In this document: in pieces, positions 45,441-58,966 of the stretch | Layout: every line of letters starts with the position of its first letter | Numbering within the stretch: position 1 is the first letter of the stretch | From: Tubulanus polymorphus | Lineage: Eukaryota; Animalia; Nemertea | DNA: 64,000 nt | Direction: 5' to 3' | Assembly: GCF_964204645.1 (NCBI RefSeq) | Contig: NC_134030.1 | Span: 15,252,110 to 15,316,109 of the forward strand | Translations under genes and position numbers: made by a program | Notes under the pieces: generated by a model | Seen by the model: the letters and a program-made list of their open reading frames with translations, nothing else | Database searches by the model: none | Told to the model about the DNA's origin: nothing

Positions 45441-48062
45441 TGTTTGCAAGAACCTGCGGTATCATCTACTGTTTCTCTGCCGGGTTTCATTTTTAGATAT
45501 AACAAGAAAATTAATTTTAGAAAATTATTTGACGCCTGGGAAAAAAATGTAGAATTTCTGGGCTAAGCTAATGTGGAATTGCAAATTTGAAATCGAAGTT
45601 ATAAGAAATTTGGGGAATGATGAGATTTGGCGATTGGGTAGATGAGACAGGTCTTCGACTCTAGTAGTGGTTTAAATTTTTTTATTGAAAATGCTCAATA
45701 ATTGATCGCGAACTTGCGACCGACTTCATTTACTTATGCCTCTAAGCTGGTCTGCAACTTCATTGCCTCCATGGATGAAGAAAGAGCTCTTCTGATGTCT
45801 GCTTCATTATGACTTCGAGCATATCGTGCGGCCTAGCCAGCCGGCCCGGTCCCCGGGCCCGGGCCACGCGTTTGGCTGTCACTCGATTTCCTAGAGTCTT
45901 CAGTCTGGGTGGGTTGAAGTAGACATTGTCATTTAAAATAACATGCTTATGTTGTTCTGTATGAATTACCCGTGTGTCATGTATGTTGTATTAATTTATT
46001 TTAAAATTTGCATTTATTGAATTTGGGAATTTTATCCCGGAATTTCAATGTAATAAGGATCAATAAAGAATTGAATTGAATTGTCACCTAATACACATGC
46101 CATCAGAGGACACGGAGCCGTATATGACAGCTATGCTATTATAAATTGCTAATCTCACGAAACTTGCATACTCCTAATATCAAACATATTTTCACAAACG
46201 ATTGAATATTGAAATTATATGTTTACACATTTTCATATTGACCGCTTGTAGCCGCTGATGAAATTCACGCCGGCCCTACACACATCGTAGATAGCTTCGT
46301 CATTCCACCGGCATGCCCACGTCAGGGTCTGACTTTTATATCAGACTTCCGCATCGTGTATACATCCGCCATTTAACCGAATAATCCGATTTACTTATCA
46401 TTTCTATTTATGCCTGCCGCTTCTGATATAATCATACATCCTTTACTATTACAATACGTCTTCTAATGATATTCAATGCAATATAACATTTCAACGTTCA
46501 AATATAGGTCATTATATAATCACAGGAAGCCATTCTACATCTATGTCAATAATATTTTGCCAGATAGCTTGTTTGTGTACACATAAACCTGTGACGTTTT
46601 ACACATCGATTTACGGCTGTCGTTTGTAAAATGACGCTGAATGGTTAGCATTGTTTAGGTTTCATAATGGTAACGTTTTATAAGGCGTCAAAAAAGTGTA
46701 TTTCAAGATCGATTTCTTTGGAGGAATATTCTTATTTGTACTACTGAAAATATCATTGACAATTTTGCAAATTCCGGGAAAAATAGCTTTTTTCAAATTG
46801 GATGTATGTCCTTGATATGCTAACCTAATAACCCATGTGCTCAAACTGCAAATTCAATCAAATTTTATTTTGTAAAGAAAATATCAAATCCTATTGGTTT
46901 TTACTTTATTGAACAAAAATCAATAAGACCAAGGGTAAAAATTGACCAGAAGTATTTGTTCCTGCCAGCTCCCCGTCTGCGCTACTCTGAAAACACCATT
47001 GTACTGTGTAAATTATGGGTATTAGCTCTGAGCTGGAATGTATTTTTGTCAAATGGAACCCACAGAATGCATCATTTGCCATTTATGAAAAGCTGACCGG
47101 CTGGCCATAGTGCCCCATGGTGCCCTTGTCTTTGATTGTGGTGTCTTTCAAGGTCATTGGTTTTTGTGTTTATGTGAATTGCAAAATTATAGCTCATGAC
47201 ATTTTCTATAATCTAGTAAGCTTCAAGGTCATTGGATTTTGTATATAGTCATTTGGGGGATTGAATAGCTGAATAACCTAGGATTTCCATATTATATTGG
47301 TACCTAGACATATTTTGTTACCACAATCAATTGCAAAATTATACCTCGTGACATGTTCTATGATTGTGGTGAGTTTCAAGGTCACTGGTTTCAGTATGCG
47401 TTCACCAGGGGTGTTGAATATCGGAATTATTAAGTATTTCCTTATTCTATTAAAACCTAGGCATATTCTTTTAATATGGGGCTTTGAATATTTAAAGGGT
47501 ACAGACACTTTTTAAAAAATTCAAAATATGATGTATTCTATTGATCTATACTCTCATCTTCAAATGTTAAGTTTACGCGCAATCTGTGATTTTGTAACAT
47601 GAAATTTGAACTCATTTCGTTGTTTACTATGGACCATAATTGTCCTCAAAAAGTTTTCACAGATATTGCTATCATTTTTCTTATGTTTTTTGCATGACGT
47701 ATCTCATGACCAAACTAGGTCATGATGTTATCGAATATGGCCGACTGTGACTTCACTTAGCACCTGACCAAGTAGGCTTTGATGCTTTGATTATAATATG
47801 CCATCACCATCACCACATTGGAATCTTTGGAGATAATTTCTATTTCAAGTTTACCATTTCACACTGCAGTGCAGTGAATAAATCGGCGATGGAGTTTGCT
47901 AGTCCACTGCACCATTTTGTATTGTTATTAGTTATTAATTATGCCCATCAAAAGATGGCAGCATCTGTGAAACATACAAGCTGCATGGCGGTGTGGACGC
48001 AGTATAGCAGTATGCCCGTTATTATACAGTTATGGAATTTTTAAAAGTTTTGAAATCATATC

Positions 48063-49132
48063 CAGGGGCGTAGCCACTGGTGCGACAACTGCGACATATG
48101 TCACACCAATAATTGAAAAACCAATTATGCTAAAACGTCATAATAAACTTTATTCTGTATTTACATGGGGGGGGGTATCAAGTTCTTTTGAAGATGTCAG
48201 TGGTGCTAAAACGGAGGCGTTAGTAATGCACTTGAGATTTTCGGTGTGCCATTGAGATTTTCTTGAGATTTTCGGTCTGGACCATGCACCTCATCTCACA
48301 GTATAAAAGTTGCCGAATTCAGAAGACTTTTTTCATATTTCTTTAGAGTGACTCAAACCAGTTTTCTTCTGGTTATATTTCACTGATTCTGTAGGTGCTT
48401 TTGTTCATGAAAAATGGACCATAATAAGGGATTTGACCAAAAAATTCTGCTCAAGTGCTGAGACATGGAAACCGAGGAAATTGAAAGAGTACCGGTATTG
48501 ATGTACAATAAGCTAACATTAGTTTACTATTCATCAATAAATGGTCAAGGGCAGATCCAGCCTACCACTTGTATCGAGGAGTACTCAGGTTTGCCCTTCT
48601 ATTTTTCTAGTTCGTGATTTTGACAGGCTCTTTTACTAACATGAATGATTTTTTCCGGGCAAGTATTCTGGAAGTAGTATAGAAAATGGTCTAAATGAAT
48701 CTGTAGTATAGAAAATGGTCTAAATGAACCTAAACGAAAATAATTAACTTCAAGGGGGATAGACTTTATGCCCCAAATATGCTTAAAGATTGCATCTCAG
48801 AGCCTTGAGAAATCAAAATATTCTGGGGGAGTGCCCCTAGGTCCCCCGTTTTGTTCTATGATATAGTTGCCCTTCCAGTTCAGCAGGACTCAGAATCTGC
48901 TGGGATGGTGAAACATCTGGATCCGTCCCTAGACCAAAGGTAACCTTAGAGGCACTATATTATCTACAGAAAAATTATTCAAATATGAGCTCTCAGCCAT
49001 CAGAGCGCATCTCAGACGTTTTAATGTTCAAAATTTTCCAAAACCCCCCTTCTAGACGTCGCACCTTCGGCGCTCGTTTGGATGAGTGCTCCGGATTGTC
49101 GCACCATTGAATCTTAGGTGGCTACGCCCCTG
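48063..49132. mobile_element. CAGGGGCGTAGCCAC-TIR MITE (hAT-like), apparent 5-bp TSD ATATC
   Basis: ATATC|CAGGGGCGTAGCCAC...GTGGCTACGCCCCTG|ATATC. Confidence 0.85.
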
Positions 49133-49478
49133 ATATCCAACACTTAAGGGCATTGATTAGTCAGCATTGAAAGGGTAATGATATTGGTAGGTTTCACATG
49201 CTTAAAACAGTTTGATGATCTTGTATCCATCATATAGTTTATCATACCATTATTTTGTATCCATCATACACTATTGACAACCTTCCTTTAACAAGATTAA
49301 ATTAATCTCGTTAAAGGAAGATTGTCAATACTGTTCACTTCAAACATAAGTGATATTTGAACCACCAGCCGTAACTGCACTTTTATGTGCAGTTTGTTTC
49401 CTCGTTAGTATAGATTTTTATTTTGTCCATAATGAATAGGCTATATGGAAATTGATTTTATTTGCTATATATTTTAAG

Positions 49479-49618
49479 ATGATAATGAGATATACATGGA
49501 TCAGTCTATTCTCGCACTGGTCAATGGTAAACCGTGGGACATGCACCGCCCGTTAGTTGAAGATTGTCAGTTGGACTTCTTACATTTCAGAGATGATAAT
49601 CCACTTGCATGCAACAAA
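49479..49618 (+). CDS. MRPL39: MRPL39 coding exon
   Basis: ag|...|gtaag; (H)DNEIYMDQSILALVNGKPWDMHRPLVEDCQLDFLHFRDDNPLACNK; phase compatible with flanking exons. Confidence 0.93.
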
Positions 49619-49714
49619 GTAAGATAGGACATTGTATACCTGTTTTCTCAAAAAGAAAGGTTGAAATAAGTCGCTTGTAAAGTTTAATGATTCATCATTT
49701 GTGTTATTTTTCAG

Positions 49715-49814
49715 GCATATTGGCGGTCTTGTTCATTTATTTTGGGTCATGTTCTTGAAACAGCATTTAAAAGTAGACACTACGTGGAACTCTGCAGTTT
49801 TCCTGCACCAAATG
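49715..49814 (+). CDS. MRPL39: MRPL39 coding exon
   Basis: cag|...|gtagg; AYWRSCSFILGHVLETAFKSRHYVELCSFPAPN. Confidence 0.94.
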
Positions 49815-51171
49815 GTAGGATTTTATTCCGCTAAGTCATGGGCGCAATTGCGTAAACTTAATGCTGAAATTTGGTAATGAAAAATGTAACATTGCTCGTT
49901 AGTTAACTTGCTGAAGCGGGTTGCTTCTGCAATGCTCAATATGCATTGGTCACATTATCATGGTCGCAAGAAATATTGATGACAAAGTCAAAAGTTTTCC
50001 ACAAAACAAACAAACAAACAAGCATTATAATGATTTAAGTTTATTTTGTTTAAAGAACTCCACTCATTTAACCACCGAAATAATGTCAATATAGCCAACA
50101 TATGCCTGCCTCCCTGGTTAGTGAGAAACACCGCATGTGGAGATTGTAGGTCATAGTCTGAGCAACGCTAAAAATTTTCTAACTCTTCATAAGTAATCGA
50201 AGATAGTAAATTGTCATTAATTTGATTCGTTTTTATGCCCTTAGCGATTGTGTTTGAAGCCTGACTAACTGTATTTAGTTAACAACACAGTGATATTACT
50301 TTTGTTGCGCATCAACTTGCCTTGGGTACTCTCGCTTTATATAGACGGCGTTCACTGTTCATGTATATCAATAGTAACAATGCTTCCCACTGAGCAGATT
50401 GTATTTTTTACTGAGCATAATCCACTGACATGTATCAACAGAGACCTACATTGATTTGTCAAAACATGTAGCTGTATGAAATTGTTTCTTTTAAGCTACC
50501 GTATCTTCCGGTGTATAAGTCGGGTTTTTGAGACCAAAAATCATGTCCAAAAAATGTAGGTCGACTTTACACCGAATACACTATCAATATCGTTAACAGA
50601 CGATATTTTAGATTTCAAGGTTGCCATGATGATATGGAATATATAATTTATGTAAGGCTACACTCGAACCGTATACCAATTAGAATTTAGAGTGTTGTTA
50701 AAATAATTTCTATAGTTTGGAAATGGTTCAAAATTAACTGATGTTAAAAATCAAATGAGAACGAAAAGCGCGCGCGTGTATCATTGTACAGCATTTTATA
50801 TAAGCCGTGCAGATAATCAATACACAGCAGTCTAATACTAGACTACAGGCGCGCAGCATTCAATGTATACACAATACATTCAACAATGAGCACTAATCCG
50901 GTAATTTACTATCAGAAACAACAGATCCCAATGATTGATAGTAAACAGTGGTAAAGACTCTCAACTACTATGAGAATGACCATAGCACTGTTTTCAAAAA
51001 TGACTTATGTATACAGGTGAAGAAGGGACTCGACTCATGTGAAGCTCACCAAAATCAATGAAGCTGTTAATCTTTAGATAGAGGATATTCTAAGATAAAA
51101 TCCCACTATTTACAGATTAAAAGAATTAAAAAAAAAGGAAATTAATTTATTCAATCTAGAATATATAAAAG

Positions 51172-51213
51172 ACACGACGTTTCGATCTCACCATAGGGAT
51201 CATCGTTAGGTGT
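51172..51213 (-). ncRNA. Hammerhead ribozyme copy with core mutation (CTAACGA), probably inactive
   Basis: ACAC-CTAACGA-TGATC..GATC-GAAA-CGTC-GTGT. Confidence 0.7.
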
Positions 51214-51332
51214 GAGATATAGACTAAAAACAGGGGTATATATACAGAGGAGGACAGGTTAATTGAGTAAATTGGTGAGTGAGTGAATAATTAGTGTTTG
51301 GCAAGGCATGAAGTAATATACTTAGAAAGAAG

Positions 51333-53002
51333 CCATCAAAACCATCCGCATTTCCAAGGCTGATAAAGGCGGCAAAATTGTTATTCAAGATTTGATCAAT
51401 TACAATTCTAAAATGTGTGCTATTCTCGGTGATTCCAATTTCTACAAATCCATCAAAAACAACCCTTTGAAAAAGATGCAATCAGCTTTTAATTTAGGTT
51501 TAAAAAACATCTCTAAGAAATTTCCTGACCATTCGGACTTCATCTCCAAATTTAACTCTCGGCTTCCAAATCTTCCTTATGCTTATGGTCTTCCCAAAAT
51601 TCATAAACCCAATTCACCTTTAAGACCGATCATTTCTGATATCAATTCTCCATCATATCGGTTCTCCAAATATCTGGCGAAAGTACTCTCCCCGGCTTTG
51701 GGTACTTTTTCTGATTCTCACATTCGACACAATATGGATCTTTTAGACAAACTCAAAAATCTCAAACCTAATGGACAAAAATTTATATCTTTCGACGCTG
51801 TTTCCTTGTTCACTAATATACCATTGGAACCAACTCTCAATTTCTTAAGAAGAAAACTCCCGGACTCCAATCTTGATCTCCCAATTCCTGTAGAATGTTT
51901 ACTTGAACTTTTGGAACTCTGTACTACCAATCTATATTTCCAATTCCAAGACAAATTCTATGAACAAATTTTAGGTTTCGCTATGGGTAACCCATTATCC
52001 CCCATTTTGGCTAATCTTTTCCTTGAACATTTTGAATCCGAAATTCTCCCTAAGTACGCTGGCTCTAAACCTAACTTTTGGATTAGATATGTTGATGACA
52101 TTTTGTGCTTAGTTTCTGATAATTTTGATCTTACCTCTTTTATCGACTTCATCAACTCCCATTATCCATCTTTGAAATTCACTTTTGAATGGGAACAAAA
52201 TGACCAAATTCCATTTTTAGATCTTCTAATTCACAATAAATTTTCTCATTTGATTTTCTCAGTCTACCGTAAACCTATCAATGCCGAGGCATACCTTCAC
52301 TTCTTTTCGTTTTCTGCCAAATCAATCAAAATTGGTCTCGCTCAAGGCCTCTTTCTCCGTGCACTATGGATCTGCGATGAAACCTTCCTTTCGGCTGAAT
52401 TTGACCATATATCCAACTCTCTTAGGAAATTGGCTTACCCTGATCACATGTTGAAAATCGCTATTTCTAAGGCTAAACGTACTTTCTTCATTTCTAAACC
52501 TCCAGAAAATAAAAAACACATTTCAGAGTTCATTGTAGTTCCGTATGTACCTGTTTTGGAAAAGTTTCATCACTCTCTCCCTTTATTGGATAAACAAATC
52601 ATTTTCACGTATGAAAACAAAATTAGTAAGACTTTGGTTAAAAACAATCAATCTAAACCTTTGGACTGCAGAGTTTACAAAATTCCTTGTTTTGGATGTG
52701 ATAAAATTTACTTTGGAGAAACTGGTCGTGATTTAAAAACTCGAATTTCGGAACACAAAAAGGATATAATAAATCAAAAACCGGCTAGTGGCGTAGCCAA
52801 TCACATTTGGAACGCTGGTCATCGTTTTAATTTTGATAAAGTCGAAATTATTTATACTTCCAGCAATTACACTAAACGCCACATAGTTGAGTCTGCCCTA
52901 ATTACTCGTCACTCAGATATTAGTACCAATTTAAATAATGGCTTATCTCCGCATAATTCCCTTCTTTCTAAGTATATTACTTCATGCCTTGCCAAACACT
53001 AA
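51333..53002 (+). CDS. Penelope reverse transcriptase + GIY-YIG endonuclease (open frame, 5'-truncated)
   Basis: KADKGG, YGLPKIHK, SFDAVSLFTNIP, GFAMGNPLSP, RYVDD, FLDL, VYKIPC..C..YFGETGR..RISEH; no stops over >536 aa. Confidence 0.95.
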
Positions 53003-53079
53003 TTATTCACTCACTCACCAATTTACTCAATTAACCTGTCCTCTTCTGTATATATACCCCTGTTTTTAGTCTATATCTC

Positions 53080-53121
53080 ACACCTGACGATGATCCCTAG
53101 GGTGAGATCGAAACGTCGTGT
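53080..53121 (+). ncRNA. Minimal hammerhead ribozyme (Penelope pLTR)
   Basis: ACAC-CTGACGA-TGATC(CCTAGGGTGA)GATC-GAAA-CGTC-GTGT; core intact. Confidence 0.88.
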
Positions 53122-53158
53122 CTTTTATATATTTTAGATTGAATAAATTAATTTCCGG

Positions 53159-54431
53159 TTTTTAGCCCACTTGGGACTTTAGTCCCAGCGGGCTATTGCG
53201 TTCACTTTTCATCCGTCGTCCGTTTGTCCGTCCGTCCCTAGACGGAATCCAGTTATTTTGGGAAGTTTTGAAGACGCTTCAAGGTAACGTCTTGATATTT
53301 GGGTTACACATGTATCTACCCTAGACCCATCTTCAGCCCAAAAACTGGCCCTGTCAGAATCAAGATGGCCGACTGGCAGCCATTGTTGTTTGCCAAAATC
53401 AGCACTTTTTACACATTTTTGAACTTTTTGAGGGAAATTTTGAAGACGCTTTGATCAATTAGCTTGATCTTTCGGATATATGTGAATCCCCCCAGGGCCC
53501 ATCAGCATAACAAAAATTAGGTCGATCAGACTCAAGATGGCCGTCCTATGACCTTTTTAGTGCCCAAAAATGTAAATTTTGGCCCGAATCCTGAGTTCTG
53601 TAGCTTCCTACTGGTTTGCCATTTCTCATTGCAATTTGTGATGGGTATTCTTTGGAAAGGGATGTTTTATACCTGAGACGTATTTTTCATCAGCCAATTA
53701 TGACGCAATTGGCGGCCATATTGGTGTCACCAGTACTCATTCGTAAGTGGGAAAAAGTTTTTCCACATTATATTGATACCTAAGCGTATTTTGCTACCAC
53801 AATCAATTAGAAAGTTGTAGCTCATAAGGTGTTCTATGATTGTGGTGAGTTTCAAGGTAATTGGATTTCGTATATGGCCATCAGGGGGGGGTTGAATAAT
53901 TCAATATCTTCGCATTTCTTTATTATATTCGTACCTATGCATATTTTGTAACCACAATCAATTGGAAAGTTGTAGCTCATGACATCATCTATGATTGTTG
54001 CGAGTTTTAAGGACATTAGTTTTTCTATATGGTCACCAGGGGGCGTTGAATAGTAGAATAACTTAGTATTTCCTTATTATATTGGTACCTAGGCATATTT
54101 TGTTACCATGATCAATTGCAAAGTTGTAGTTCATGACATGTTCTATGATTGTGCTGAGTTTCGAGGTCATTGGGTTTTGAATATGGTCACCAGGGGGCGT
54201 TGAATAGTAGAATAACTTAGTATTTCCATATTAAATTGGTAACGATGCATATTTTGTTATCACAATCAATTACAAAATCGTAGCTGCTGATTTGTTCTAA
54301 GATTGTGGTGAGTTTCAAGGTCATTGGTTTTTCGTATATGGCCACCAGGAGCGTTGAATATTGAAATTGTTCGATTGTTGAGCATTTGGAACCACTTCCC
54401 AAGTGGGCATGGTGTCCCTGGACCCCTAGTT
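53159..54431 (+). mobile_element. Full-length Helentron-associated element (HINE/DINE-1-like) with four ~154-bp tandem units
   Basis: 5' subTIR GCCCACTTGGGA with adjacent stem-loop, (GTCC)n microsatellite, internal tandem array, 3' subTIR TCCCAAGTGGGC, hairpin GTCC-CT-GGAC; inserted in a T-run without a TSD. Confidence 0.88.
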
Positions 54432-56501
54432 AAATTCTTTTAATCTGTAAATAGTGGGATTTTATCTTATTATCCGTTCACCACGTTTGAGTGTGGTTAT
54501 CGTTCTATAAAGGATATTCTCTGAATAAAAAAGAATTTGGTAGAAAACATTTGAATTAAAATAGATTATGCATACGCTCGGGATTATCTTGACAAAAAAA
54601 ATGTTTGTATCAATATGCAGATGAATTTTAAACAATTCTAATTCGCATTAAAAACACCATACATGTCGACCAATATTGTGTAGTATATTGTTGAATTCGA
54701 ACACTTCGTCAGCTGCGATCCTGCCTATGCATGGGAACCGTCTTATTGACCTTGCCGTCTTTTTTGCACTACTGCTTGACGCTAAGGTTTACGATGAGAC
54801 AGTTTACATAATACGGAAGCTGCGATCCACGTCCTCTCTCATATGGCGTGGTTTAAGTTGCCACGCCGATAGAATGATACTACGAGGGAACGTTGACTGT
54901 CACTTCTATCCGGCGAATAGATACCGCCCACACGTAAATATTGTTCATATCGAGCTGGTGCACTGTAGCTTGAAAATAGATTGGCAATTCATTCGAAAGC
55001 CGAACTTGATAAACCCAACCACACGGAAAGAATCTGTTTAGTTGTAAAATGTTATAAACTTTATCAGTTCATTTCTAAACTGTCTCGTATGATATGGTAA
55101 AATATCATTGATCATGGTTTAAAAAAAGTAATGTACAAGGTAGATATGTGGCCGGCTGTGTCAACTATTTAGCTCAGCAATGAGTGGAGAGACAAGGTAT
55201 TGATTTTTTAGCCTTAGGTCTTGGCTTTGAATCCTAAAAATCCGGACGGAGTTTGTATGGAAATTAGAATACTTTCTCATCTCCCGATACAGCTAGATTT
55301 GATTTCAGCTTCAGCAACAAAAATATGAATATGACATCTGAGTTGCTTTTGATTTAACGAAACCTTATGATATATTAGGAGGCGTATAATTTATAATGAT
55401 TACACGTATTTCATTTTGAAATCTATTAGGCCTACATTGGTTACGTATTTACATTCTCTACCTTGTATAAACAACTGTTAGTCATTTTATCTATTATTTT
55501 ATCTAATTAGCTTATAGTTTCATAACATGCATTTCCTTTGATGTCAAGTATAAGCTGATAGAGCACCTCACTAAACCAAAGTATGGTCTAGTATGGTGGA
55601 TATGATTAACTTCTTCAATTCACTAACTTCTGCGCTGAATCTAACAGTGCCCATGGGCACCTTGTTTTCCCCCCCACACCGGTTTGCCGAGCCACTGGAC
55701 CATTGGTCCTTTATTTTAAATCATGATCAGGCTAACAATCACAGACCCGGCAGCTATAGAAATGAACTGATTGGAATTTACAAAATAGATGGGGCAACCA
55801 ACTGGCAGCTCTGTAAACGGTGGTAGACAATGAAAATGGCTGTTCAAGTTATTTTATCATTGATTTTTTGTATATCTAAGGCCCAGAATGCGTCTAGAGC
55901 ACTCCAAATTCACCAAATGTTTAGAGCTAGGGCCCCAGACAATGCCCCCCTCCCCGTTAGTGGTTTCGCGCTCACTTCACGAAAATTTGTTATTTTTTTC
56001 TAATATTTTTTAACGGTCGAATACGATGATGTGACAAGCTCTAACGGTAAATTAACGGTAATTATGCCTGAAATTATTTGGTATGTTTAATGTTGTAATG
56101 GGTCCAAAAATCAAATTTTTGCTAACAAATGAGGTTATAACTTTGACACGAAGACATGCAATCTACTATGTTTATGTGCAAAATGTAGCTTCATCATGCG
56201 GTTAAAATCTGTTGGAAATGGAATTTTGAATATCGCGTTCATTTAAGAGAAATCGACGTATTTGTGGCTATTTTTAAAGAAATTTCAAGGAGCATTTTTG
56301 TTTCATAAAACGGCTACTAGGCCGATGTACAACGTTACATTGAAGTAAAATAACTGCTCCCTGCGATTGGCTGAGCTGCCGCTGTCAATCAATGTAAGGG
56401 CATATTCGATTGACGCAGACAAACCGGTCTATTAATCTACTCGTCTATTAATCTGCCCGGTTCTAGGTTCTCATTTCCCAGTCATGGGAGCGTCCTATAT
56501 G

Positions 56502-57792
56502 TTTATTAGCCCACTTGGGACTTTAGTCCCAGCGGGCTATTGCGTTCATTTTTCGTCTGTCGTCCGTCGTAGCGTCCGTTCGTCCGTCCGTCCGTACACG
56601 GAATCCAGTTATTTTGGGAAGTTTTGAAGACGCTTCAAGGTAACGTCTTGATATTTGGTTTATACATGTATCTACCCTAGACACATCTTCAGCCCAAAAA
56701 CTGGCCCTGTCAGAATCAAGATGGCCGACTGGCAGCCATTGTGTTTCGCCAAAATCATCACTTTTTACACATTTTCGAAGTTTATGAGGGAAATTTTGAA
56801 GACGCTTTGATCAATTACCTTGATCTTTCGATTATATTTGAATCTACCAAGGGCCCATCAGCATAAGAAAAATTGGGTCCATCTGACTCAAGATGGCCGT
56901 CCTATGACCTTTTTAGTGCCCAAAAATGTCAATTTTGGCCAGAATTCTAGGTCCTGTAGCTTCCTACTGGTTTGCCATTTCTCATTGCAATTTGTGATGG
57001 GTATTCTTTGTAAAGGGATGTTTTATACCTGAGACAGGTATTTTTGATCCGCCATTTATGACGCAATTGGCGGCCATCTTGGTGTCATTAGTACTCATTC
57101 GTAGATGGGAAAAAGTTTTTCGACATTATATTGATACCTAAGCATATTTTGTTACAACAATGAATTAGAAAGTTGTAGCGTATAACGTGTTCTATGATTG
57201 GGGTGAGTTTCAAGTTCATTGTTGTTTGTATATGGCCACCAGGGGGCGTTGAATTATACAATATCTAATTATTTCTATATAACATTTGTACCAATACATA
57301 TTTTGTTACCGCAATCAATTGCAAAGTTGTAGCTCATGACGTCATGTATGATTGTGGTGAGTTTTAAGGAAATTAGTTATTCAATATGGTCACCAGGGGG
57401 CGTTGAATAGTAGAATAACCTGGTATTTCCTTATTATATTGGTACCTAGGCAATATTTTGTTACCATGATCAATTGCAAAGTCGTAGTTCATGACATGTT
57501 CTATGAATATGGTGAGTTACAAGGTTATTGGGTTTTGAATATGGTCACCAGGGGGCGTTGAATAGTAGAATAACTTAGTATTTCCATATTAAATTGGTAA
57601 CGAGGCATTTTTTGTCATCACAATCAATTACAAAATCGTAGCTGCTGACATGTTTTATGATTGTATTGAGTTTCAAGGTCATTGGTTTTTGTATATGGTC
57701 ACCAGAGGGCGTTGAATATTGAAATTGTTAGATTGTTGAGCATTTGAAACCACTTCCCAAGTGGGCATGGTGTCCCTGGACCCCTAGTTTTT
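56502..57792 (+). mobile_element. Full-length HINE, second copy
   Basis: Same architecture and sequence as 53159-54431. Confidence 0.88.
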
Positions 57793-58904
57793 AATTTGAT
57801 AGCCGTAGTATCGATTCCGTCTCCCCATATCTATTTCATTATGCAAATAACCGAATCGATACGCTATTTCACGGAAGATTATGCGCGCACAATCGAATAG
57901 GCCCAAACCTCGTGTATTGCCGCGATGATTGCTGATTAGATTTCGATAATGTTGTTCACTGAAATCAGCAGATTTTACACATCCATGAAGTGTTCAAGGA
58001 AAACCTTAAAGATGCATCAATCAGATGGCGTGTATACATTACAAAGATAACATTCTGCACCCGAGATATTATGATCCGTGGATCTCTTGTGTATAATTTC
58101 AGTTTGTCAGAAATGTTTTGAGTGATGCATATGTAGACTCTGAACGAGGTTTCCGCTCATCTGTACTACTGCAAAACTGGTTTCCTCAGAACTATGTTGA
58201 AATAATTATTCCACCAGCATAAACATTTCTTATTATATTCCTTGTGTATATTGTATGTGTATATTGTGGAATCATCTTCGGATCAAGTAATTCAAAAAAA
58301 TTTGAACTTTCAATAATTCAAATTTTCAATGAAGTTTCAATGAATTAATCAACTATTTACCTTCTTCGAGGAGTTTTTGCTGTTGCTGTGATATTTTATA
58401 GCTTTCAGTGATGTGAAATTAGAAACTGGAATGATCGGATCGAGCATCAAACGTTAACCTAAAGGAATAGTTAGCCAGAAAGTTCTAAAGGGTTATTAGC
58501 CCTGAAAAAAAATTTTGGGACTTAATTTTTTCCTGTCATGGTCGGAGTCTTACTGCATTTGCCCTTCTACAAGGAAAGAAAAACACATGCTGGTCAAATT
58601 CAGGTGCGTCTAGCTAAAATGTCTCCACGGTCTTATACGGATTAAAATTACTGTTTTGGTTCTTAATGCGAAAATAGTTTTCCCCGATAATGGCGATGTC
58701 ACTTGGTTATATCATAACATCATAACCGAAGCTTCAAGGCCCATGGGACTCTTTAGTATCAGTGTCAACAGTGTTTGTATTTGCTCAACAGCAAATGCTA
58801 AATATTGAATTTTTTAGATTGGCAAGCATTTCATAAAATCGTCATGGTGGCGCAGGGTAAATGGTTTATCATATTTTTAATGAATTTCTTCTCGTGCTTT
58901 GCAG

Positions 58905-58966
58905 TTAAAAGTGGTAGTTTTGTTTATGACGTAGATCTGAAATTGGATAAATGGCGACCAAGCTCA
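58905..58966 (+). CDS. MRPL39: MRPL39 coding exon
   Basis: gcag|...|gtaagt; (V)KSGSFVYDVDLKLDKWRPSS, cf. ISGAFCYDVVLD..LDEWMPT. Confidence 0.9.

Larger units (their letters stand above)
51091..54470 (+). mobile_element. Penelope-like retroelement, 5'-truncated, with inverted upstream pLTR; 3' tail interrupted by a HINE
   Basis: 51091-51332 is the reverse complement of ~52961-53156 joined to ~54432-54470; intact RT + GIY-YIG ORF in between. Confidence 0.92.

Noticed and set aside
53780-54360. Regular ~154-bp repeats resembling a CRISPR array
   Set aside because: Whole units repeat with no unique spacers, there are no cas genes, and the context is a eukaryotic HINE.
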